DNA of 64,000 nucleotides from Lama glama (lineage: Eukaryota): the NCBI GenBank assembly GCA_028534125.1, contig CM052818.1, positions 41,480,001 to 41,544,000 on the forward strand. The letters are read 5' to 3'. The position numbers and the translations under genes were made by a program. The notes under the pieces were generated by a model. It was not told the DNA's origin and searched no databases. It saw only the letters and a list, made by a program, of their open reading frames with translations. Of the stretch, positions 25,691 through 39,700 are shown one piece after another; within the stretch, counting starts at the first letter, position 1; each line of letters opens with the position of its first letter.

Positions 25691-28129
25691 TGTAAACAGA
25701 AGGAGTGGCAGGGGCAGGGACCCTGGGGCAGTAAAGAGGAGACTGCTTTAGAGAAGTGCAGGGTATGGCTAAAGTGTGGGGCCAGGGGCACGAGAGACAG
25801 AGAGACCCAAGGAGATGGGCAGAGGCCAGAGGCTAGGTTTTCTGGACCCAGTGCCCACATTGGGATCTGTTATATCCTGTGGGCCCTGTGGAGCCACAGA
25901 AGCATATTAAGCAAGGAAATAATATGATGAGACTTGTGTTTAGAAAGCCAGGCATGAATGGGAGGGAGATGAGACTGGAGTCCAGAGGGGTGGTCTGGAG
26001 GCTCTTTGCAGGATGCAGGCAAGCTCTGCTGAGGGTCTGAATTAGGATCAGCAAGGCAGGGAAGGAAGGAAGTGGACACGATGTCATGGGCCACCAGTGG
26101 GGGTGTCCTTGTTAAGTAGCTGTTCAGCATGTTCTGGTGAGACCCTGCCAACAAGGAGCAGAGACTGTCCTGTGACAGCAGTAACGCTGCACCTTCTGTT
26201 TTTATGTTTTAAAAAAAGAATCCGATGTCCCATTTACTTTTCCTGTTAGTGGACAGAGCAAGATACTGAAAGCCAGGACACCTCCCTTCTGGTCCCTAAG
26301 GTACTGTGGGTCCTTGGAAAGCGCATTTTTTTCCTTTTTTTTTTTTTTTTTTTTTGTAAAATAAGAGCTTTAAAAAGATGCCCCCAGTTCTAATGGAGAA
26401 TGTGTTCTCATGATATTTAGTCTGGAGGACTTTGGAAAAGACACCTACTCTACCTGACCCGCAAGATCTGATCCATAAAATGGGTCCAATATCACCTTCC
26501 TCACCTTTGACCCACGTTTTTGTTGAGGATAAATGAGCCTAGCACATCTCTGACAAAGATGCGATATTGTACAAATATGTGTCATTGTTGTCTTTATAAC
26601 TGGTCTGGGGCGTATGTGCTCTCTTGTTGCAGAAGAATATTAGTCTCCATCAGGACTTTGTAATCCTCGAAATATTGCATTATAGGTAAAAAAAAAATCT
26701 AAGTCTTTGATTTCTTAACATCTTGGTACCAGGGATTCAAAAACTTACGGATTCTGGAAGAGTTTGGCTCATTCAAAGTGCTAACCTACACCATCTCTTC
26801 TGGTAGGGGCAGTGAGTATTTGTCATCTTTAACCTTAAGAAGACTATTAGCCAATAAAATCATGTAGAGCTGCTGTTCTGTTTTTCTCACTGTCTATTTA
26901 TTAGTGATTAAAGATGGTGTTGGCTTAGGAATTCTCCTTTTCAGTAGTTATAGATGCAAAAGAAATCTTTTAAGTGCTTGTTCTCTAATCGTGAGAATTA
27001 GGCCCTGAAATCCTGGTGTTCCCGGGCAAAGGTCAGCATTCACAGTGCCTGCAGCCTGAGTCCTTTGCTATGTTTCACTTATCATAAATACATACATTTC
27101 CTCCCCAGTGATGACCACATTTTTTTAAAAACCATCCCTGCTTGATTTTATTTGATTTTACACTGTGGGAATACAGGTAATCCTGTTATTTAAGCTTTTT
27201 GCTTCCAAATAAAAACAGTTCTAAACAGAGGAAAAATATGTGTGTGTGTGTGTGTGTGCGCACGTGCACGTGTGCCTGTGCGTGGGCACAGGCTTTGATT
27301 TTCTTCTTTTTTGGAACTGAAATGTTAGCTGAAAACAATTTCTTTTTTTTTCTAGAGAATCATCGTTTTCGACTGAGCAGCCTTAGAGCCAACTCTCTTG
27401 GAAGTGGTTCTGAGCTCACAGCCAAGAAAGTAGTCATAGAAAATACCATGAATGCATCCCTAATTGTCACCCCTGGGAGAGGAGAGCATCCCGTGGCGGG
27501 GACATGCAAGCAGTCTTAAAATGTTATTAGCACTCTTGCAGTGACTAGAGAAACGGCCCACATTCTAGACAGTTTGGGAAAAAATGTGAAAGGAAGGACC
27601 TGCTTCAAAGCTATAGTTTTGTAAATGAACCTTGAGGAATAAGCCTCGGTTTTGGGAAGACTTAAGGGGTCACCCAGCTTGCGTCTGCTGAGCCCTTCTC
27701 ACTCCCGACCCCCCAGCTGGAGGCCTCCTCTTGGCCGGTCCAGATTCCCCCAGTCCTTCTTGCCTGGGTAGCAGCTCACGTCCTACATGAAGCTAACTTT
27801 TCCGGAGACTCCACCCGCCTGGTCTTGTCTGTTTTCTGAATTCCTAAAGAAATCTGTCTTTCCCTGTGCATGACAGAGCAGTACTAGCACAGAGCAGGCA
27901 CTTGGGAATCTAACCGAAACTACAGACTCGCTCCCCAGAAAAAGGAACATGTATATACAATACTATACTATTCTGTCTGCACTTTCTGCAGACCACGGAC
28001 TCGCGAAGTCCCCAAACAGGGACCTCGTAGAGGTCTGGAACCCCAGGTCTCCTCCTCTGCAGAAAAGAGGATGGACTTTGGGTTCCCAGACTCTCAAGCT
28101 CAAATGTGACTCGACTTTTTATTCTCTTG

Positions 28130-28300
28130 TCATCTTCAGAAAGATCCGTCTGAGCCTCTTTTTCTTCCAGTAAATGGAGATAATTACAGCTACCTGAAGG
28201 GCTGCTGTAAGGTTTGTGTGAACTTAAGTGTGTGAAAGCCAGGCACGCAGTGGGCACTCAGTAAAAGGTGAATGTTCTCGTCCCTCTCATCTATAATCAT
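28130..28300 (+). mobile_element. MIR SINE
   Basis: ctgagcctc...taaatggagataattacagctacctgaagggctgctgtaagg...ggcacgcagtgggcactcagtaaa. Confidence 0.7.
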
Positions 28301-28787
28301 CATCGTCGTAGTCATCATCACTCAGAGTGGCACTTAATGTATATCAAGTATGTGCCACTACTTCCACATTCAGTTCACATTTTAGAGCACTTACCACTCG
28401 TCAGAAGCCTGTTCGGTGCTTCCAGGTTGATTACATTCTTAAGTTAAACCTGTGTTGTCTCCCTGCACAGAATGTGTATCTCCTGAGCTACGGCCGTGGC
28501 TTCTGTCATTGCGTACCCCACCCCCACGTGCCCCCCCGGTATTCAGGGTGTCACCCAGTGATTGACTCATTCTCTCAGGGCACTTATTAAAGATGGTGTT
28601 TTTATGAGAAAACCAAAGAGGGAAGAAAAAAACTTCCCACCAAACTGTTATCAGATTCTCTTTTCTTGGAAGAGGAGTTTGATTGTTCCTTTTGTTTAGG
28701 TAGATGACTGTCACCACAAGAGTCAGTGTTGAGGAAGGTAAACCAGGTCTCCTGGGACCAGAGCAGACCATGATCTCAAACCCCTCT

Positions 28788-28947
28788 GTTTTTATTTTTT
28801 ATTTTTTTTATTTTGGAGGAAGGTAATTAGGTTTGTTTGTTTGTTTGTTTGTTTGTTTGTTTGTTTGTTTTAATGGAGGTACTGGGGATTGAACCCAGGA
28901 CTTCGTGCATGCCACATACCCACCCTACCTCTGAACTACACCCTCCC
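28788..28947 (-). mobile_element. Camelid tRNA-derived SINE (Vic-1-like)
   Basis: Reverse strand reads GGGAGGGTGTAGTTCAGAGG (A box)...GTCCTGGGTTCAATCCCCAGTACCTCC (B box), then (AAAC)n, CCTAATTACCT and an A-rich tail. Confidence 0.85.
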
Positions 28948-31810
28948 TCCTCGAGCCTCTCTTGATTGCTGGAAAATCTATATGTTACCCCTTTGTCCTT
29001 TGACATTTCTTCCTTTTCCAATTACACATATTTCATGAGCCCTTTTGGCAGGACTTTCTTCGTTAGATATTTGTGTTTTCCTTAGATTTTATGCTATGTT
29101 CATGAAATGGGGTAAACACGGACACAATCATTTGGTTAAAATTTTCAGTTTTTGGTGATTTTTTTTGAGAATTTACTAAAAGAATGACCTCCCCAATGCT
29201 ATTTTCAAAAGCATTTATTTATGCTTGAGATTTTTGTGTTGAAAAATGAGAATTAACTTACATAGAGTTATCTGAAGATCCCAGTATCTAATTACCACAA
29301 ACTTACATAAATATTGTTCATTTGAAAATTTAGCTTTGCTTCATAGGGATTTATAGTTTTAAGCAGCTTCCATATTTAACTTTAATAAATTTAAATTTTC
29401 TAAGTCCTAAAAAATATATCTTTTTCCTAGGTATATTTTGAAGATAAAAATAAGAAAATGTGTTTATAATACAGCGTTTGACATGTAGGAGAGTTTCCTG
29501 TGGTGCTAACCATTAATACCTTTGAATATTTACCTGATTATGGCTTCATATTAAAGCAGTTTGCATGAAGAATCATGGATCTTGGGAGACCAAAGTTGAA
29601 AGATAAAGAAAAGTGCCACTTATATGATTCTGAGGATGTTATAATTCTTTGATTCCCTGAATATCTTAAACCATAGAATGAGTTGCCATGCTGAATAATT
29701 ATAGCTAATATTTGTGCAGCATTTTACAGTATTCTATACAGTGCTTTTATACTCATTCCAATAGTCCTTGGAGGAATCTCATGCAGAAGAGATGATTATA
29801 TTATTGTTGTTGCAGGTGAGGAACACAGACTCATAGCTAAAATGACTTGCTCCAGAATAATGGGGGTCGGGCGAGACGGTGTTTCACATTTGTTTGGGTC
29901 TCATCACTCACCACTTACACCCTGTATCTTTTGAGAGCATCAGTAGGCCACGTTGTTATTTTGGCCTGCTCTCTGCTACAAATCCTCAAGACTGTGTTTC
30001 CATCTTTATCAGTAAGTCCCAGCCAACAAAGCCGTGGGAAAACAGGCCCAGCAAAGAGCTGAAGCCATCACGCCAAGGGCCCAGGTGCCCACGCTCCTTC
30101 ACTTCGGTAGAGAAGGGGCAGCCTTGGAGAACCAGTCATGGAGGAAGACTGGTGACTTGAAGAGCAGAAGGCCACCCGGAGTGGCCAGATGAAGAGAAGG
30201 GCACCTTGCAATGCCAGTCTCGGGGAGACATCTCGGGAACGAGCCAGAGTGTATTTGCAGGGCCTGTCCCTTCCTGAGTCCTTACCTAACTGGCGCATCC
30301 TTCCCTCTCTCTTCATCTTGGAGACAAAATCTTACGCCCTTCCCTTGCTCGCCCCTACAAGACCTTCCCCTGGGGAGCGAGTTCAGATCCCGTAGCACTT
30401 ATGTGCCCCCCTATAGCTGTGTCATGTCCTGGGGAGGCTTCACTTTAAGATGATCTCGGGAGATGTCAAGGGGAACATTGTGTGTGTGTGTGTGTGAGAC
30501 AATAAGCCTAAACTTTCTAATACAGACAACCCACTAGTTTAAAATAATAAACATGCTTTATAAATTATTGCTTGAGCTATTTTATGCCTGGAATCCTCTT
30601 ATCATCTTCCTTTGTGATTGTATTTCTAGTATTTTAGTACTTTTGCATCTATAATTTTTGCTGTAATTCTTCAAATTGGTGCTCCTTCCTCTCCTGTAAT
30701 ATTGGGGAGACCTTTCATATCCTTTGAGCTTACAGAAGCAGCATCTTTAACTGTAGGAACTGGCAAGAATCATCGTTTTAAGGAACGCAGGTCTAGATCC
30801 TCCCAAGGGGCCCAGAGCACTTGCTGGATTGCCGTATTCTCTCTGATATAAGCCCCCGCCCCGTAGGAGAGAGCTGCAGGTAGCTGGCAAGTTCCCTGGG
30901 ATTGACCCAGTAGCAGGTCACATTAGAAGTGTAGCCATGGAGTCACTGAAAAGAACGTGGAAACCAGAGTTCCCAGCTTCCCTAAATACAGCTCTGGACT
31001 CCCAACCAGGTTCCTCTTCCACCCACTGGCTGTGAAACCACTGCCGTGCTCACGGGAGCTCTGAGACTTGCTCATCTGCAGATACGTGTCAGCCTACACT
31101 TAGCTGGAGGACATTCCTCTTTGTCTCAACTCTCTCTTAGCCATGATCACTTTTTCCTTTAAAAATAAAATAAAATAAAAGCTGTACTTCTGTAGGATAA
31201 CCTGTGTGTACTTCTGTAGGATCATTTTCTGAACACCAAATCTTGAAAGGTATTTTTTTTTCTTTGCTTTTTCTGTCAGAAGCTTAGATCCAAATCGATG
31301 TCATCTTCAGCAAATGTGAAAATCTTGTGCCCTGGATGTCACGTAATTCATGTAGTACTTGCCTCTCTGCCTTTATTTTAATATTCTACTTTTATTTTCC
31401 TGTTCCCCCCATTTTCATTATGTAAGCATTTGCTTTCTTTAATAGTGTATAATGGATTATCTGAAAGTTTTTTTTTTATTGAACAAGATAAAGTATTTTT
31501 TAAAAATCCTCATTAATTAACGAAGCCATCTCACTAGTAACGTGGCTTCCAGAAATGTATTTGGCATGCACGTAAGAGCTGTTTGAAAAGATTGGAGAGT
31601 CTCTGTCATGAGGAATATGGCTGGTGGTTGGCGGTGCAGTGAAACTTCCGTGGGTGGGGGGGTCTTCCCAAGTGGAGCCCTAGATCCAATTAAAAACAAG
31701 CATGGCCTCTATCCAGTGACCACTTGTGTGATGCTAACCCACTTTACAGTCCTTAAACCAGAATATCCTCCTGTGAATTCTTGTCCACCTTGGAGAGGAG
31801 CAGTAAGCTG

Positions 31811-31814
<4 letters not shown>

Positions 31815-31844
<30 letters not shown>

Positions 31845-31848
31845 TGTA
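31815..31848. repeat. (TATG)n tetranucleotide microsatellite
   Basis: Direct inspection. Confidence 0.9.
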
Positions 31849-33634
31849 TTCATTTATTTGCCACGAAGGAGATGAACTATTTCTGTCCTTATTCGAGGAG
31901 CTTGTATTGAAATGCGTTTTCTAGGTTCCGTAAGACTGGGCTTGACCCCTAAGACTGCATAAGGCCCCGTAATCATTGTTGTTCCAGATAGTTCCTGTCT
32001 GGGATGTGAACCATCGGAATACACCTAGAATAGTTCCAGTGAATTGCCCTTGGTTGTTGTTAGAATCGTGTTTCAAAATATTTGACCACGTCAGCTAGCC
32101 AGCTTAAGTAACCTTTTGAACAGCAAGAACTCTGCAGCCAGCTAATATTTGGACGTCTTTCCACGTGTGTTTGTGTCAGTCTGTTACTAATTTTAAAGGC
32201 TTAATGTATTTCCCACCCAGGTACTCTGACAATAAAATCATACACAAGACAGACTTTTAGGAGGAAGCTAAATTCATTCAGCTCTCTTGTGACACGTTAA
32301 TAGCACAAAACTAGGGAAATTAAGAATATTTAGCTTCCATTAAGGCATTTTATGTGAAAGTCAGGGCTGCTGCTGAACAGCAGAATCATCTTCCTGCAGG
32401 AAGTGCCTCCGGGTCTGAGTTGGAATTGTTCGTTAAATTGGAAACAGATTGTTTCCTGCAGACCCAGGAGGGTTTGTGATTGCTGCCCTGTGGCAGGGAT
32501 GGACCATACCAGTTCCAAATTTTAACTTGTCAGAACCCATCACATACAGGGCTTCGCTCAAAAATATCTTAAAAGGAAACGTGCATAAAGGCAAAAGGGG
32601 AAGAAAAGAATGACAGAAAGAATAAGAAAGATTCTTTTGAAAGAGAGAAGCATGGTGTTTACCTCTTAGTGTGTGTGTATGTGTGTGTGTACATATATGT
32701 GCATGCATGTGCAAATACTCATATAATTCAAGATGGGTGAAGTCTGAGAAGTATCTATTCCATCCTCTTCCCAACTCATTTTTTCAGTATTTTTAAGGGA
32801 TTTAGAGAAATGCCTTCTTAAGAGCACAGCACCCAGCATCAAATTGCAGCTCCATAAATATGTATGGAATGAATGAATGGTCAAGTGGCCTTCTGAAGAT
32901 GCTTTAATGTCTAGAGCAGAGGGCAGTAGAAACTTTAATAATAACTACATTTTCCCTATTCTTTTGTTTTTTAGGTTGAGATGCAGATATGTAACAAATT
33001 TCTCTGTAGATTTGATTTACCCTTGCAAATGCTCCAGGCTAAAATTTCATTGAGAATAATTTTCTGGATGTTACACCTTTTCATTTTTACAGTTCACGAA
33101 GTACCTAATGTCATTACCATTGAAATGTCAAATTGCAGGAGCCTGGGGGTTACTCCTCTGAGAAACCCAACCTCCTATATGGGCTAAGAGGGGTTCCTGT
33201 GTTTTCTAAACTCTTTTCCTCGGAAACTATAAGAAACTTACCTTTCTGGACAAATAGTTTAATAATGACGTCTCTGTTCTGCTTGTCTATTGACATGGTA
33301 TGTTCCCACATCAATGGAACAGAAACAAACAAAGCTGAAATATTAACTGTAAGGATTCAGGGGATTCGTGAAGGGGAAAAGGAAACATTTTGTAGAATGT
33401 ACCTAAACTCTGCCTCCTGTAACTAACATACCTGGTTCTTTGAGTAAAAAATAGTTGCTGAGTTATCACTTGTCACCCAGTATAAAGATGCTTTCTCTTG
33501 GGTCTTCAGATGTGGTTGTAGGGGTCCAGTGGTGTTTATGCAAGTTAGTCAGTTAAGTCCAGTCCTTTAAGAAGTCTGTTCTTTAAACTGCTAATGGTAT
33601 TTGGTTTTGTGTTGCCTCTCCTAGGTTTGCTGGG

Positions 33635-33704
33635 ATGGGAAACCTGCTCAAAGTCCTTACCCGGGAAATTGAAAACTACCCACATTTTTTCCTGGATTTT
33701 GAAA
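33635..33704 (+). CDS. CYRIA: CYRIA coding exon 1 (exon begins at 33625 with 10 nt of 5'UTR): [23 protein letters not shown]
   Basis: Acceptor gcctctcctag|GTTTGCTGGG, ATG at 33635 in context gggATGG, donor GAAA|gtaagt. Gly2 is the N-myristoylation residue known for CYRI proteins. Confidence 0.96.
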
Positions 33705-36700
33705 GTAAGTGCCCAAAATTAAAAGACTGAAATGATGAAAATAATAGCTTGTGGACAGGGGAGTTATAAAGACTGTGTGTGATACTTAAACCACATCTAA
33801 ATGTCTTTCTGGATCTTCAGAGATTAATTCCTTCCTTCCTTTTCATTTATATTTTTAAAGACCCCTAAAGAACATCTTTTTAACATGCCCATGATTTTCT
33901 TTGATTTTTGGAAGCAGTCAGTTATTGTAGCCCTAGCATAAATCATCATCATGTATTTTCTTAAGAATTTTCATGAATTACAATGTCATATTCTAAAGGA
34001 AAATGGTATACATAGTAATTTGCACAGATTAACATAGAACAAATATCACTAGACATGAAAGAAAAAATGATAGATACCAGAAATGACACTTACAGAGTAT
34101 TTATTCTTTAGTCATCTCTATCTGTTCTTTACGTATTATTTGATAATACAAAACTGTTTCAGGATTTTGAGATATACTGCTTTCATCTGAAAGGTTATGT
34201 TTCTTTTACCAAAAACTTTAAATATTTTTCCTAAGGTAGAATGGCCTATGAATCATGACTGAATAAGTAGAGAGATTCTCATCTTGTTATTTTTTTGATT
34301 GAATATATTTACAAATGAGTGATATACTCATATTTAATCAACTAAGCTCATGATTCTACATTGACTCTTGGGTTCTCCTCTTTTTGAATTTCAGTTCCAA
34401 TACCAAGCACAGTTAAATGTACTATGTCCCAGTAGTCACAATCTGTTGCAAACTGTAATCTGCTTTAAACTTGAATATTTCAAGTATTTGATTTATATTA
34501 AAAATAAATTAGAACTTCTTTACATGTAGACTAAAACTTTTCACAGAGATTTTCTAAGTAAATGCTAGAAGACCCTTCCAAGATACAGCAGACCAAAAGG
34601 TGAAAGTTTGCTAGAAGTATCATTTTTAGAATCTATGATATATCTAAAATACTTACGTGAAAAGGAAAGTGTCCCCAAAGCTCATGCATTCGGAAAAAAA
34701 TTTTTACTCTAGATTACATTTAATGAAAGAGATCTCATTTCTGATTTAACTCATTTTGCTGTTTTTGTTCTTGTTGTTTGGCTGGGTTTGACTGGGTGTG
34801 GTTGGGTTTGGTTGGGCTTGGCTGGGTTTGGCTGGGTTTGGTTGGGTTTGGCTAGGCCTGATTGGGTTTGGTAAGGATACAACTGGGAGTTCAAGAGCCA
34901 GATTGATTTGATACTTCAAAAAGAATGGGCTTTTTTAACTGCTGTAACCTTTGCTACTCCTCTACAAAACACGTATCTTTGTTGGTTTTGTTTTTAAAAG
35001 AAAGATTTATTAATAACTGTAAAGAATTATTATAAAATAAATTACCTATTATTCCAACATCCTAATTTTACTACTTGCCTTTTTAATTGGTCCTTTCCGT
35101 TTCTTAACATTTGCACTTCACACTGTTTCATTCAACATCCACAAAGACCAAAATGGTGGTCTTCACTCATCGCTTCGGCAACATATAAACACCTAGAAGA
35201 GTTACATGCCTTTTCTTTTTTAGAAACTCTGAATTCTCCACACACCTATGCGTGCTTCTTGCAATGCCTACCAGAATTCACTGGCCCCATTTGCCTACCC
35301 AGCTGTTCCTGAATTTTGGCTTTCCGTGCCTCTGTGAAGAATAGTGTTGAGTTCTTTGTCAAGTCTAATTTTAAAGTCTTTTAAAGTGATAAAAATAAAA
35401 TCTGTAAGGATTTAAAGCAGTAGTTTTCAACTGGTGTTCTCTGGAGCATCAGAGTTCGGAGGTGACATCTCAGGGGAACCCCTGCCCCCACACTGTAGCA
35501 GTGGGGCCTTTCTTTCTCTCTCTGAGAACCCGAGGATCTGATCTGCTCAGTCTTGTACTTTGGACATTTTCTTTATATCTTATTTAAAGAAAGGTCACAG
35601 TGGCCAAAGAGAACATTTAAAAATCTTAAATTTTGATGATGGCTTATGGTACCAAAACTCCATTTGTAGCTATACTATAATTTCCTCAAGAGGGGGAAGT
35701 GTGGACTAGCTTCCCGTGTCTGGTGGTTCATTACTAGGATCACAACTGTAGTATTTAAGGAAAATATAAAACTATACATTTATAGAAATGTATAAAATCC
35801 TATTTATTTGCCCCTCAATCCCAAGGAAAAGATTAACATTATTTCACTGAGACTGAGAAGATAAATTACTGGACTAAAGTCACACAGGGAATGCTGGGGG
35901 ACTCAGATGGGAACACAGATGTCTTTGGCTTTCCTCCTTTCTCTGCTTCGCTTCCTTTAAGTCTTATCAAATGGCAGCTTCCAAGAAGTACGACTCTCTT
36001 CCTGATTAGAGAGAGAAGTCTTAATCATCTGCAAACTAGGACGTGTCATGAAAAACAATTTTTTTTTTAATTTGGTTTCTTAATCCTGCAAATGCTACGT
36101 CCTAAAGGTGGCTTTCAAGAAAGGATGATGGGCTGGAAGGGTGGGGAAGACCTGCTGTTCTTATGATTTTCCCTTGAGTCTGTAGATTTTTGCTCAGTAC
36201 GGTAACAGTATGTCAAGTATGGTTCTGAGCATCCGTGTGAACCAGGTGGCATCCGGGAGACAGAGCTAAACAAGAGGAAGCTTTGCCCGGTGAAGCCCCA
36301 GGCTGGTGTGGAGGACGATGTAGGACACAGTTCAGGACAAAATAAAATAAGGGGCTTAAGAGAGGCATGGCGTGGCCCACTAGCAGAGGGAGAAAGCATG
36401 CATCTAATTTTAGGAAATAGATGAGTGTAGACGGAATTAGAGCCGTCTTCTTGCAAAGGTGGCATTTGAAATGGACTTTAAACAATGAGGTTTTTTTTTT
36501 TCCTACAGACATAGAAGTTTTCCAAAGAGAATAATTGAAATCCCTGAGGGGAAACTGGAACAGGCCAGAGCTGAGCGGATGGGAATTCAGGTGTGCTTAT
36601 GCTTAAGGGGAGGCTGAGTAGTTAGAGGATCCGGGGGAGAGGCTGCATGGAAGAGGAAGCGGCACATCTTATTGAACTGAATTTCCTGATGGCAGGGCCT

Positions 36701-39700
36701 GGGCCCCATTTGGTTTGGTGACAGCGCTCAGCCTGTACTGAGCGCGGAGCTCAGGGCACTGAATGAGCCCGAGTAACAGGTGCTGACCATGTGAAGGAAC
36801 AGAATAGATCAGGCTAGATTAGCAGCAGGAGAGCACAGACATTCAAGAAGGAGAGAGGGTAAGTGGATTCAAATGCTCAAAGTGGTCCAGAAGGATAAGG
36901 CTTGAAAAGGGGATGACGAGTTGGGCAGCTAGCTGCCCAGCAGATTCAGGATTTCTTGCTATGAGTACAGAGGCTGGACTGCAGAGAGTTAAGGAGTGAG
37001 CAGTGGAGGGCGGGGGGAAGGCTGAGGAGCATGTAACAACAGCTTAAATGCATGTGGCACCTCTACTTGGAGTGTTGAATATTCTTTTTGAAGTCAGTGA
37101 TGGAATATAATTGAACTGGGTCAAATAGATATAATTAAGCTGGGTCAGAATATAATAGAAAATTAGACACATCTGTCCTTAGGTTTTCCAGTTGTGTAGA
37201 TCTGATTTAATTTGTTTGACCTTTGCAGTGAGTTCTGCAGTTTATGCTACGTTTCTACTCAGTCGCTTAACATCTTTCTTTATTGTTGTTTTTTCCATCC
37301 CATGACTTCTTTTCTTTCCATGAACAGAAGTTTTAAATTTTGATGAAGTGTGATTTATCATTTTTTCCCTTTTATAGTAAGTGCATGCTCTGCCTATTTT
37401 AAGAAATCCCAGCCTGTTCCACAGTCAGAGAGAGATTCCATGCTTCCTCAGGAAAGCTTTGGAATTTTAAGCTTTACCTTTAGATCAATGATCAATCCTG
37501 AGCTAATTTTTGTATGTGTTGTGAGAGAGATGTTGGGCTTATTTCGTCTTTCTTGTGATATGAAATTATTCCAGCACAAGTGGATTGCTTTAATGCCCTT
37601 ATCATAAATCGGTTAACTATAGTATGTGTGGGCGTAGTTCTGAACCTTTCACATTTCACGAATTAATACCAAAACGTAACAACTCATAAGTCTTAAAGTC
37701 AGGAAGAGTAAGTCTTTCAACTTTGTTCTTTCTCAAGATGTTTTGACTATTCGAGCTTTATTTTTCTAAATAATTTTGTCTTTTATAATCAGCTCTTAAT
37801 GTCTACCAAAAATTCTTGCTGAGATATTGATTATAATTACGTAAAATCTATAGCTCAGTTTGGAGAGAATTGGCATTGGGCCATATTGATTCTTCCCACC
37901 TATGAATATGGTCCATCTTTCCATTTGTTTAGATATTCTTTAATTGCACTCAGCAGTGTTTTATAGTTTTTAGAGGTCCTGCATATTTTTTTGTTAAATA
38001 TACCCTTAAGCATGTCATATTTTGACCAACCATAACAGCTTTCTTGTGCTTAGTGTTTGCAGTGGTACACGTTGCTCTATCCTATCTTCCTTTATCTTTA
38101 TGGTGTGTTTCTTTCTCGTAAACAGCACATAGTTGGCCTGAGCTTTTTCATCCAAGCTGATAATATCTACCTTTTAACTGGCATGTTTAGTCCATCTATG
38201 TTTAATTATTGTAGATACATTTAATTAATGCTTGTCTTTGAGTGTACCTTGGTGTTGATCTCCATTTTTTATATCTGCTTTTTGTTTCTCTCTCAACTTT
38301 TTCCTGCCTTTTGAATAAATCACATAATTTTTAGTATTCTCTTGTGCCTTTTCTGCTGATTTTTAAAATTATGCTTCTTGGTGCTTCCTTTAGAGATGAC
38401 AATAGACATCTTTAACTATTGCCATCTGCCTTCAAAATGTATTCTTTACTTCATGAAGCATTTAAGAAACTTATCGCAGGACACTTCCAGTCACTACCCT
38501 TCCACCCTTTGTGCCCTTGTTCTGTGTTTTGTTTCTATGTACGTACATATGCTATCAACTCCTCATTGCAGTATCTTTTTTCAACTTTAAACTCTCAATC
38601 GTCTTTTAGATGTGTGTGTTTGTATTTATAATCTTAATAGATCTTTTATATTTACTGACATATTTTGTCTTTCCAGTGTTCTCCATTCCTTTTAACATAT
38701 TAGCCTAAAGAACTTCCCTGCAGTAAGGATGTGGGTGGCACCTTAGGCTTTTGTTATGTGTGTCTCACTCAGTTTCTGGCAGAGACCTGGGCATGAAATA
38801 TATAAGCTTAGGAACTTCGATCTCTTTATTGATGCTAATTCAGTAACTATCTGCAGAGCGTCTCCTGCATCCTGGCATCAGGCAGGAATAGCAGAAGTAG
38901 AGGTGGGGTCTTGGTGGGGCAGGGAAGCATGGAGGGATGATAAAGGGCACATAAATACAGGAACATCAGAAGAAGATGACCTCTTTTTCAAGGAGTAACT
39001 TGATTGGGAAGATCAGATGCAAACACTTTGAAGAGACAATAGTACAGGTAGCAGAGAAGAAGTCTGTAATATTAGAACAGAGAGCAAGTGTTAGGCTAGC
39101 CAAAAGAAGTACAAGTTCTAGGCTGGGCTGAAGACATGTGTCTTAGAACATAGCAACTGAAAAAAAAAAAGATTTTCTTATAAGAAAAACCCACCCTTAT
39201 GGGCGTAATAGGAATGCCAAAAGTAATCGTGGCGATTGATGGGAAAGGAAGGGGGAGGTGTTAAGAGGGAAATTCTAAAGCCTTCAAACCATTGTCCTCT
39301 CAGAAAGGCTCTGAGTATTTTGACCTGTTAAGACCACAGTCTCCTACTCCTTAAAACAAAGAGGGGCTGCTATCAGATTAGGCGATCTGGGATTTCTTTA
39401 TGGACCCAGGCTACTTCTTGCTGCTAGTGATCTCCTCTTTTATCTCTCCTTCTCTGGTACCCTCGCATCTGCTAGGGTAGTTCACAGAGGGCTAGATAAT
39501 CTTGGGAGGAGAAAGGAAAAATAGGGGATGTTTTTGGTCACTTTACAAATGAAACAAAAAACAAACAAAAAGCAAAGGAACCAAGCAGACCTGGGAAGCA
39601 ATTTGTTTACACCAATGCAAGGATCCATTCACCAAGATTCTTTAAACTGCTAGCACTTTTGCTTTTCAAGTGCTTTTCATCTGTCAACGTCCTCATTACA

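Noticed and set aside
28875..28947. tRNA-like sequence with A and B boxes
   Set aside because: Followed by a SINE body and A-rich tail with no intact cloverleaf. It is a SINE head, not a tRNA gene.
34781..34870. CRISPR-like array, telomeric repeat or Ig switch region
   Set aside because: Contiguous 10-bp units without spacers, not TTAGGG, only 90 bp long, with no cas or Ig genes nearby
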